Source: Antedon mediterranea (lineage: Eukaryota; Animalia; Echinodermata). Taken from it: a DNA stretch of 64,000 bases. The DNA is taken from NCBI RefSeq assembly GCF_964355755.1, contig NC_092671.1, forward strand, positions 13,144,001 through 13,208,000, read 5' to 3'. Position numbers and translations under genes: made by a program. Positions within the stretch are counted from its first letter, which is position 1, and each line of letters starts with the position of its first letter. Under the pieces are notes generated by a model, which was not told where the DNA came from, searched no databases, and saw only the letters and a list, made by a program, of their open reading frames with translations. Shown in pieces: positions 52,801 through 64,000 of this stretch.

Positions 52801-55800
52801 GTTGCCATAAGTCATTCTTCTTCCGAAAACAAAAGATATTTTGAATCAATTATTTATTTGAAAAACATTGTCGTCATCAATGTCTCAAGTAAACAAGTGT
52901 TAGTGAGCGGGATCGAATCTCGTTCTTCGAACTACAAAATATTTTGGACGAAATATAAACTGAAAAACAAGGTTGTTCATACGATGATGTTAGAATACGG
53001 CGAATAAAAGTCTTTCGTCACACACTACACATTTTGTCATTAGGCGAAAACAAATTGCAATAACTTAACGGATCAACTTAACCTATGACCCGAACGAAAT
53101 TGACTGTCATTAATTCTTAAAAGGAGGAACGTAAACAAAAATAAGTACAATTACCGTAAGCTTTATATTTAAAGGGTTGCTGCACTTTTATAGACAGCAA
53201 TTTATTTTAATCATTAGAGAAAATGACGCCTCGCTTAAAAGCTGGTATACATAGGAAGTACTATGACGAATAGACGTCAACTTGTTATAATGTTCGAGCT
53301 CTTCAATTACCATTTGCAAATGTAAGAACTTAGCCGAAGCCAAATTAATAATAATTAATTCATGTTATTGATTATTAGAATATTTTGTTTAATGTTATTA
53401 TGTAAGCGACTCGAAAACACCAGTACAAAATGTAGGCACGCCTACTTAGTATTTTTCTTTAGGCTAAAAATATAACATTATTTGCAACCACTTGTTTTTG
53501 GTGGTAAATCCAATGGATCATTATTAAATATATAGACCTAACCTTTAAAACAAGTTATTGTTCCCGAAAGGATTTTGACAGATTTCAGTCTTCTGCCAAC
53601 CTTGTTGCTTGTTTCTAGTTGCTATTAGTAGTAAGTTTCATTATATTGCATATTTATGTAGTTTCATTTACATTTTATATTAACATACATAGACTCCTCA
53701 AAATATGGGTATCGAGTGAGGACACTGTCATTGACACGCGTGCGCACTGGAAACCTGACTGAACTATTTCCTATCTCATTTTCTTTGCATATTTCTATAA
53801 CTTTATGAAACTATACATGAATGTTCATGTATCATATGGGGAGGAAACTATATTCAATCCGACAAAAACACCGAATACTCTAAAGACCTTTAAAAGTCAA
53901 CAGACTAGAAATTCAATTTCCAATCAGAGACCAAGGATGAACTTTCAACAAAGAATTAAATTAAATTTACGATTGAATTAGTTTATTCTGTAAGCCCACT
54001 GTTTCTACATTCTACAAATTATCATTCTAATTCCCTATTTGCACATTTAATTTCCATAAATAACAAATAAATTAAGATGAATTGGCCATAAGTAAGTTGT
54101 TTGTAGACGGATGCAGATTGAAAATAAAGTACATGAGTGGTCTGTAAAATGTCACTACTAATTATTCTTCGTAAAGATGTTCAATTTTGTACAAAATGAA
54201 TGCGACAGAATTGTTTCTATTAAAATAAATAAATCAAAGTTTAACGCTGGATGCATAACCAGAAACAAGCATATTCAATGCTATGTTGTTAGCAAATGAG
54301 CTGTTAACATTAAGTTAGTGCCCTGAAAGTAGGCCTACTGCATTTTAAACGATGATATGAATATAACATTTTAGATAATGTGCCGGTTGGGCGATTCTGA
54401 AAAATCCGAAAAATAGGTACGTCCAAAGTCCAACAGCCTTATAATATTCATCATCACGAACGCTAAACGTCTTGCGACTTAACAAAACTTTTCCCATCAG
54501 AGCGATTACTTTTGTTTTGGGTGGTTTTGGGTCATCCTCTTGGTTTCTTGGCTTTTCTCATAGATTCGGATACAGATGGGATATAAGAGTCAGACAAAAA
54601 AGGTGTCCACACATGTCAAGCGTCTTTATCACACTGCTTCACTTTTCCTCGTTTGTGCTGTTATATAAATCTTTGTTTGTTATTGTATTAGGCCATCTGA
54701 TGCCGAAAATATGTCAATTTCGTCTTCAATTATGCAATTCACAGTCCAAAGTTTACTAAAGAATATGCTTGCCACATAATTGTTTGAAAAAGAGCAGTTT
54801 AAAATGCAAAGAGAAAACCCCTCTGATCAGCTATAATTCGAAGTGAGTTTACAGAATATTAACATGTTGTATAATATACATACATTTCATGATTTATATC
54901 AGATACAATACTTCGTATTGATTGCTGTAATTTATAGGCAATATTATTATGATGAATATATAAATATTATTTGAAGGCTGTATTGCGTTAAAGGTAGTAT
55001 GTAAATGTTGTAGAGTTCGATTTGATTTACATGTATTAAATCTGAATTTGTATGAGAACAGGTGAGACGAGACAACGTCATGCTCATTTCTGTAGAAGAA
55101 TGATTGTCATTTAATATCAAAGTGTCCGATATTGCTATAATCATCATGAAAAGGCAATATAATTTGATTTCAGGATTTGTTCAGCCGATTTTGAAAGGGT
55201 ATCATGTCTAGCAACTAGATAAACAGTTTGTAAGTATCGTGTCTACAGACGACCCCTTTCCACTAAGACTCCATTTAAATATCAGCATACTCCTTATGCC
55301 TCTCTTAAATGCATGTGAATGGATTTCTACTGTTGGGAGTGACTAAATTCACAAATTAAAATATAATACAAAAACATACTTTAAACTATTGTGATTAAAC
55401 TAGACTCACTGGATAGTATAACAATAGCAAGCTGTTTTGAAACTACAAAAACATTACAAGAATGAAAAAGCGATTAAAACCATACAAAGGCAATATAATA
55501 TATTCATTTCATTCTTTCCATAAAACTAAACAAATGTATTAATAGCTACAATAACAAATGCGATAGAAAAATATTGCCCTGTATCTTGTTTGGTAATAGG
55601 TATATTTTCGTACGATAAAAGGAGGTTATTTTTTGTAGTGATGCCCTAGATTGTAGGCTATACAACAGTTTTAATGCAAATGTGATTTTTATTATTACTT
55701 CGAAGGCAATTTATATTAATTGTCGAGATGAAAACCGAATGATCATATTTTACTAATTCGGAGTAAATTTTCTATTATCAAAGCCGCAAGCACTTCTGTC

Positions 55801-56740
55801 TGTTTTTTTTATTACTTTTTGCAGCTTAAGATACCTATGTTATAAAATATGCAATTGTAACCATCAGATTACTTACCACTGACAGCCTAATCACGTTATA
55901 ATTATACTTGTCGTAGCTAATTTTCTGACCTTTATTTTAGGTGATAAGTTCTTATTAATCTTTATGTCATTGAATTAAATGAATGAAATCTGAGTAGTGC
56001 TTCAACAACACGTCTAACTACTCAAGCTAAAACATTAAAACATTTCATTAACTGATAATAATTTTACTCGAACGTATATCGGCTTACATTTCTAATAAAT
56101 ACTACAAGTAGGATTTGAGACTCAAGCTGGATAAATTACCAACGTTACAACGGCAATCAAATAACCATAAAGTGAACTTCATAATCAGAAAGATTTCCGT
56201 TGATGTAGAATAGTTAACATTTAACTTTACACGAGCGGGATGGACTCGCGGTTTTTCGAGTGAAATTCGATAAATTGTTTTTTTTTAAAAAACAATTATG
56301 GCTACGTAATCGTATTTGATTGATTAATATAAAGAGGGACCACGCGTTTTGCACGAATATCATATCACGGGAGACAATATTCACTGATTTTAGCAATGCC
56401 TACCATGGCTACCAGGGTCAATGGATTAATAGGCCTACGGTTAGTCTACCAATACCAGGTCAAAGGAGTAGCCTACGAGCTGGGCCAGAAAACATCTGAT
56501 ATTACACATAGCCCTACCTTAACTTTAACTTATAAAACTTAAAATGTAGGAAACACTACGTAGTATTGATAATCACTCAACTTCAATCTTTATTGCTGGT
56601 TTTTAATTGCGCTTATTTCCCACCACTACATGCACTTTTCAATGAGGCAGTCACTTTAATTAACAACTAAAGCTTAAGAGATTTCAAAGCTATTGTCTAA
56701 TCACCTGTGCGTAAAATAATTCAACAAACAAGTAGCTTAA

Positions 56741-57165
56741 AGGGTAGCTCCGGTTAAAAAATATATTGTTTATTATATAGGCTACCTTTGCAACAACATT
56801 GATAGTGATCAAACTTTTTTTCCGAAAGGGATGAAGCCGAGCGAGCGTTGTAAAAAAAGCCGATGATTTTTTTTTTATACGAAAATTGACATTTTATGTA
56901 AATTCGAGGCATAATTCTTAAGGGAGGATATAAATCTAAAGAATAATCAATTTTACATAGGAAATTACTATTTTTATGGTAAAATTTTAACCGGTTAACG
57001 ATAGTAAATCACTGAAAATAATCAATCTAGGCCTATACGGTAACTTTACACATTTTCTAGCACCACTTTTTAAAAAGAAGCCTATTTAACGAAGCTTATT
57101 CTGTCGATAAGTAAGCGATGTTATGTTTTAAAACAATATACGTTTAACCCCAAAGAGCTAACCTT
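56741..57165. mobile_element. TTAA-flanked MITE (Kolobok-like termini)
   Basis: ttaa-agggtagctccggttaaaaaatatattgttt ... aaacaatatacgtttaacccc..gagctaacctt-ttaa: imperfect TIRs with TTAA on both sides. Confidence 0.65.
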
Positions 57166-58128
57166 TTAAAGTCGATAGGCGTGATCGTTAATCCAATAAT
57201 GATAGTTGAAACATTATTTATTTCCCCTAGAAGTTACTCATAGGGATTTTATTTGCAAATATACATAGGCCATGGCCTAAAATACAAAATAATAATTTTA
57301 TACAACAAATCCTTTCTTGGAGAGCCAACATAATATTGAATACCGAAAGCAACACAAGTAAGTTGTTTTTTGTCTAATAACTTAACATTTATTTTATTTC
57401 AACATCGTTTTTTTCTCTATAAGATAAATGTAATATCTGTGATTGTTTTCAAAATACTCAATCTCAACAGAAATTTTTCTCACGTTGATAGTTAATATAG
57501 ATTATAATCCCTAAGGCGTTACGTTTAGTTGATTAACAATCCCTAATGCTTAAAACGTTGGCGCATGCCATTAAACTTCCTTATTAATTTCCTCGAATTG
57601 GATGGCATAGAATATCTCATTTACCAAATTAATCACATAATTATGTTTTTTTGTATCTGACATTTAAAAAGTTTTTATACTATATTACACTATAACGTCT
57701 AGTGATACCCAAACAAATGTAATTAGTGGGTGTCAAATACCACGAGTTATCATTTAACTAAAACGTTTCATGTTACACCATTTAAATATTTAACGACACG
57801 ATCATTTGTCCATATAATTCGTGTTCCATGCCTAAAAAGAAATCACAAAATAAAGTTTAGTAACATGGAGTATTAATGCATACGGTACTTAAGTTGCCTC
57901 AACAGAGCTGCGCATGCGCACACTTCAACCAACGGTAGAGTACAATTTCACTCTTCTCTGATTTAACGGATACGAATAAAACAATGACACAAGCGATGAA
58001 GATACGAATGCAGTGATTGTCAGTAGTTGAATATAAGAATATTGAAATTTGAATGTTCAATTTTGTATATTATTTATGATGATTTATCTACAAATATTTT
58101 AATATAAATGATAAAACTTTAAACTTAC

Positions 58129-59090
58129 ATCTTTACGAAACATTTCTAATAGTGGCAAGCGTAGATTATCATAGTCTCTTTTACCTGAAAAGTAAATATC
58201 AATAATTAAAGTACATTTTAGGAAAACAAAGCTTGTTGAAATTTTTTCAGAATTAATACTGATCCTTATGTATTATTTTCATTATTTACACCAAGAAGGA
58301 TATAATTTAGCGTTTAAAAAGTGGAACTTTTAGCTGGGACTTCTAGCTCCCGAGTCCCATACGTTTTTGTCGAACAAATAGATGGAATTAAATAAAAATA
58401 AGCCGGTGACTTGTTAAATGATCGTAAGAAACAGTGTCCTAAAGCAGGGTGGTAACAATATTATAAGGAAATTATAAATCACATTTAGGCCTAAATGTTA
58501 TTTTAAATTTTAACAATCTGACGTAATAGACATCTGATCTTCTGAGGCACCACAAAGATGTGCACAATTTGGTATTGGAAATTATTAATTTTAACTACAA
58601 CTATTAAGGCTACCACATACAAAAACAATAATCAAACTGTATTATATTTGAACATGATTTGTATCTATATTGAATGATAGTGTCTTTGAAATTGTGAAGT
58701 CAATATCTCAACAGCATTTTGCTAATGCAATGATTACTTTTGCTGTTGTGTGTATTTATCAGCCACAAACTGCCACCTCGGTTTACGCACGTTTCGCTTA
58801 TAATTAACCCGGACACTGCACTTCAGGTGTTGCCTGTTTCAAAACAGATCAATTAGCCTTCTTACCAATCTATTCTGTGATCAAATATTCTTTAGTGATA
58901 ATGAGTTTGAATGTGTTTACATTACTGAAGTCCTCCTTTTAAAGAATCTTTTATAACCTATTCCAGGAAGTAGCAATTTTTTGTAGTTATGAGCACTTAC
59001 CAGCAATATGCGAACTACATACTTTAGCAATACAGGATATCTTGTAATTGCACCGTTTGCTACAAGGAACTCTCTTCTCTATTAAAGCAC
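58129..59090 (-). CDS. Putative neuropeptide precursor 4, two internal exons (KR-VPCSKRCNYKISCIAKVCSSHIA-GKR)
   Basis: Exon 59001-59090 (ttttcatag| ... G|gtaagt) and exon 58129-58184 (cttttcag| ... |gtaagt) splice in frame to ALIEKRVPCSKRCNYKISCIAKVCSSHIAGKRDYDNLRLPLLEMFRKD. Signal-peptide exon and last exon not located. Confidence 0.75.
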
Positions 59091-62000
59091 CTATGAAAAC
59101 AAAAATAAGACACTAATAAAAAGCCCGTCAATACAAACATACAACTGGCATTCCCAAGAGCAGAGAGTGCTGATTGTTCACACTTGTTATTTCTTTGAAT
59201 TACATTTTACAAAATGATAAGCAAACATTTTAAACTCATAAAAACAGTACGATGCCATTAGAAATGCCGATTTCTAACAAGCTGGTGTGTTAATGTGTTC
59301 GAGTAATGATACTATTATTATATTTCGAATTGAATCGGTAGACCATTCGGTTTTATTGACATTACCGTATAGTGCACCAAGTCAAAGAACACGGTACTGT
59401 TTTTTTAAATCAGTTATATCATGGTTAAGTATTATACTCGTGCTGATAACTAAATTGCTTCTATTCAAAGATTATTCTATTTGGCAGTGCAATCAAGTTG
59501 AATAATCTATTGGATCGGTTTGATGATTATCCAATTTTGTAATAATATGAAACTGTAATGATATTGTGGTTAATCAATTGGAATCAAGAGATATTGAATA
59601 TAGATGAAAATCCAATTGAGTGTATTGTTTCATTTACATAAATCTGGAGGAGAAGCCACACTGTATATAGAATGATTTTAAAGCATTGAATTAAATACAT
59701 CAATGTTTCCAATTCATATTTTGTTGGGAACATGATGTGTTAGTGTGTGTGTGGGTTGTGCAATAAGTCGTCGCCATACTTCGATAATCAAATAATGGCA
59801 CACCCCATGGAGTATATGAAATTCAAGCATGATTTCAAAATATAAAATACAGAAATACAGTATGTGCACTGTGCAATAATAAATGTGTAATGATCAATTT
59901 CAATCCATTATGGATTATGCATACGATATTCACTAAAAAAATAAATACATAAAAATATATGAAATGAAAATACAACATGTTCAGTATTATTTAAATACTT
60001 TCAATCAGACCTCCAAACACTAAACAAGATAGTATGCGGAGACTAAGAAAATGAAAGAAAAGTCAGATTAAAATAAAACGTCCTGAACTAGATCGACTAA
60101 AGCTGGTTATATATTTTTTTTCTTTAAAAATCATTATATATTTATATATATATATTATTGTCAATGAGTTTCTCTATTTACATAACGGAATCAAAATATT
60201 CATCACACGTTGAATACTATTACTCGGAAAAAATCCTTATAATAATCATAACTGTCTAACACTATAAATTTGTCTAGGCCTAATGATTTCATGGTATTTT
60301 TTTGTTAACCTTGACTGATTTTCCCTGATTGAATATCATGCCTTCTAATCCACTCCTACTCTCAACTGTGTTTATTAGAAACCAATCAATTTATAACCTA
60401 TTCGAGATTTTCAATTTAATCTCAAGCAACCTAAGCTTCCAGGCCAATTGACCCATTAATGTTGACTTCTTTTTTTAAATAATAAATGTTAGTTTCAAAG
60501 AGAAATTTCAATTTTACAACAACAATAGTTAATTATGAATTGTATAACAGCGTGCATATTGCCGTTGACATTGTTTTTAATTAGTTTACAAAATAGATAA
60601 AGTGGTTGAAATTGACTGATACTTCAGAAAATACAATTTGTCAGTTAACAGTTATCGAGGTAATTGCAAAGATAATTCACTTGAAAATCGGTGCACTCTG
60701 TTTTCTAATACAATTATAAACACAATACGTCCTTATCTTCAAAAGAAAAACATAATATGCCTATATATGTTTCAGCATTATAGTAGAATCAGAATGATAT
60801 CAGAAATGTGTGTCATTCATTGTATAATTTAAGGGCTAGTGTATCATTTTAGCAAAAAAAGTTCACTTGTTTGTTGTACACTTCAGCTGGTTGTCTATTA
60901 AGATGAAAACGTGGTTTATGCGTGCCTCTAATAACTATAGATAACAAAAATTAGAAAAATACCGAGTACGATGAAGATAACCCATAATCACATTGGCATT
61001 GGATATAAGCATACGTATTCAGAACTTTCTAGTATGTTTAAAATGATCCACACAAGGTACATTAATATAATGTTGAATTTAAATGAACAATTACAGTACG
61101 CTATTAGATTTTTTTTTATCTCATAACAAATGATAATTTAGCTAATTCACGTTAGCTACAGTACAACGGTGCTGGGAAAATTGGGATTTACTTTTTTCAT
61201 ATTAAGAACACGATATTCTTTATAAGTACTGCAGGAAATCATCATGTCTGCTTTTTGTAATATGTTACAGTATACCTTAATTTTAATAAGCGAGTGCTTA
61301 GTATTGATATATAATGTGGTTTAAGCTTGTATAATTCGGAAACGCTCACTCAGATATCACGTGACAGTCCTACTGAGTAAACTAATATGTTTTAATTTAG
61401 ATTAAGCTCAGGAAGAATCTCACATTTTATTTGACTAAAGATACTGAATTTCCTTATCTTTAAATAACGCCGTGATTTTGCGTTTACATAATGGCTTTAA
61501 TTAAACGTCGCTATCGGCAACAGCTCAACAACCATTTGCTATTTTAGGCAAAGACACGGGGCTGGCAGGCAGGAACAGCATCCCAAAAAGTGAATACGGT
61601 ACATCGTTTCTGCTAAAAAGATATTACGTATTTTAAACAACATCGTATTTTAATAATGGTATACACTTTCAGTACAAAACCGATTCTTATTAATGGCAAA
61701 TCGATAAACCAATACATAATTCAAAACAATGATTATTGATAACCTTGGATGAACTCTATTCGAATACAATGGGAATGTTGGAAAACACATAATGTTAATA
61801 TACTTAATCGCTTCGGCTTTTAGATTTTTGACGCAATCATTCATCTATAATTTATTTATATATGCAGTCTCGATGTCAATAGAACTTCAATTAATCACCT
61901 AAAGTAATAGCGTTAAAACATAGCAAGATGTCATTTTGAAGTTAATAATTTTTTTTTAATTCAAAGGTTAATACAATATAATTTAGGATCAGCCCTTGTC

Positions 62001-64000
62001 GTCAAGCATTAAGTGCTGCGGATTAATTTTAAGATAATGTCAATATCACCATGTTAAGCAAATTCATTCATTTTCAAACGTAAAATTCATAAAACTGAAC
62101 AAAAATGGCTTACTGAAACCCGCCTTTCAAATCTATTTGGAATTACAATGTTGGGCACATTACGCTAACACAGAAATTAGTATTACAATAACAGTATTAA
62201 CGATTAATACCTTGCTTTAACTTTCCTTAATTCATTTGTTGTTGAAAATTAAGAATTAATCAGCATAGTTATACCCCGGTAAACTATTTTTCCTACTTTA
62301 TATAAACTGCCGTAACTAATATTTTACAAATAGATGCCCATTGTTGTAATACCGTGTAGGTTTTACTTCAGTGTCGAGTTCCAAAATTAAATTAAAAAGT
62401 ACAAGTATTTGATGGGTCCAGTGGCCGTATTCACCAACCACACTTGAGTGAGATAGAGTCCTTAAGTGTTTCACTTAAGCTAATGAAAGGTATTCATTTA
62501 GATAAAAGAATTGTTTAATTGTAAGGGTCTCCCTTCGCATAAATGGAAATGGTGTTTGGAAAAATGTGATACAAACTACTGAAAATAATTATTCCAGTTT
62601 ACTACATTTAGGAGGACAGTAAGAAAAATGAGAATATGCCAGATTTATCAAAAATGTTTCAATCGAAGTTGAATTCCTTGTATTGATATATTTCGACGCT
62701 AAATTCAAATTGACAACTGCTCTGTCAGGCCTTTGACTACTTTCAAACTAAAATAATGAAAAATTCGTCCGCATCATCATCTTACACTATTATTGTTACG
62801 ATCGCTGCCACTTATTAAATATAGGTATTGGTGGCAAAGTATCATTAGTAAACAAGTATTCGAATCTATTTGCTATTAGTGCGATGTGATACGAAGCTTT
62901 ACATCAATAAACATAGCATTTATGGTGATGAAATATTGAATTGCATTTGATTTATATGAGCTTATATTTCTTATAATATACAATATAGATATTATATGTA
63001 GGCCGAATCCGATATTTAAAGTAAGTTTTAAGAAAGCTCAGAAACATAAATCTTCATAATTATGTCGAAAAAACTCGATATCGTTCTAGTTTGACAGTAT
63101 AAATAAAGATTGAAAAATCCGTTAATCCTGCCTTCTCAATTGTAAATCTCGTTTTTAATTCTTTCTGGAATAGGTTGGTTAAGGTAGATTATTCTAGGTG
63201 GAAGAGATAGCCTGCAATAGTCGGTTTTATTTCTAAGCATGTAGACTTTCGTAGATGATGACAATATAATAGTAATAAATATATATAAGCAAAAAACACT
63301 AAAAAAGAAGAGATGAATATTTGCTGCGATAGAGCTTGGATATCTAGAGAGTTGCGACACGGATACTCGTGAAACTTTCTACTGGAGGTTTGTCAGACCT
63401 GATTAGATCCCGTTAAACCGGTGTGTACTCACGTCTTGATGCAATCAACGACCATGTGTAACGTTAAACTGGTAAACGTAAAAGTTGGTAGAAGAAAAAG
63501 AGAAATCAAGCGAAATAGTAGTAGAGCGCTCTAACGGATATTTTGGATATAGTATGGTTAAAAATTAATGTAAAACATAATTAACTAAGACGCCAAATGT
63601 ATATGGATAAAAAGGTGAACAGTTCATTAAAATGGGCGATCAGTCATGTAACGATATTTAACGCTTCCGGCCTAAGTATATCTCAGATCACTGACAGTTT
63701 TAATTAACATGAATCAAAGTTTAAATTGGCGCAATTGGAAATGGAAAAACATTTAGCGATTTTCTATTTGTTATTAAAAATATTGTGTTATCTAATATTT
63801 TCACAGCAGTGTAAAAATGCATACATGGATTTGTGTTCGTTTAATGTAGGCCTACACGTACTAACATAAAGATTTGTTGCAGACACCGGCTAATGTTGCA
63901 TATTTATTATACTGATGAAACACGTTTAATTGAAAACTACTATTACGGTTGAGATATAATTATCTGTTATATTTTATTTGAAAACTATACAGTATAACAC

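Noticed and set aside
54400-54830. Coding-like composition on the minus strand
   Set aside because: Stops in all frames examined and no recognisable domain or splice structure; possibly a decayed TE.
63136-63360. ORF with a hydrophobic stretch as the possible first exon of precursor 4
   Set aside because: GTG start, no compatible phase-1 donor found, and the nearby donor at ~63432 does not splice into this frame.

Overview
AT-rich, intron-rich animal genomic DNA; no prokaryotic features and no CRISPR. The repeat content resembles what I recall of echinoderm, possibly crinoid, genomes, but that is unverified. Left third (1-21.6 kb): a tandem duplication of a minus-strand receptor gene. Copy B (17409->5730) reconstructs by hand as 19 exons and about 1098 aa: signal peptide, LRRNT, about 16 LRR units on phase-2 exons, Cys-rich repeats and a non-rhodopsin membrane domain of about 9 helices. 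Copy A (3679->beyond the window start) has a ~4.85 kb internal deletion that removes most LRR exons. Three non-autonomous Helitron-type insertions sit in or next to these genes. A two-exon Shisa/WBP1/VOPP1-like gene lies at 22685-23944 (+). From 31 to 59 kb, manual splicing reveals four small minus-strand genes with prohormone architecture that the ORF track misses or mis-ends. Predicted products: ARKPIFamide, a pyroGlu C-x9-C cyclic peptide, SVPKFPIRVamide with a luqin-type C-x10-C tail, and a 4-Cys amidated peptide. This candidate neuropeptide gene cluster is the most interesting signal. Also present: a (TA)n-embedded foldback element with a tRNA-like Pol III unit, CORE-like SINEs, several MITE families and a 12-bp minisatellite.
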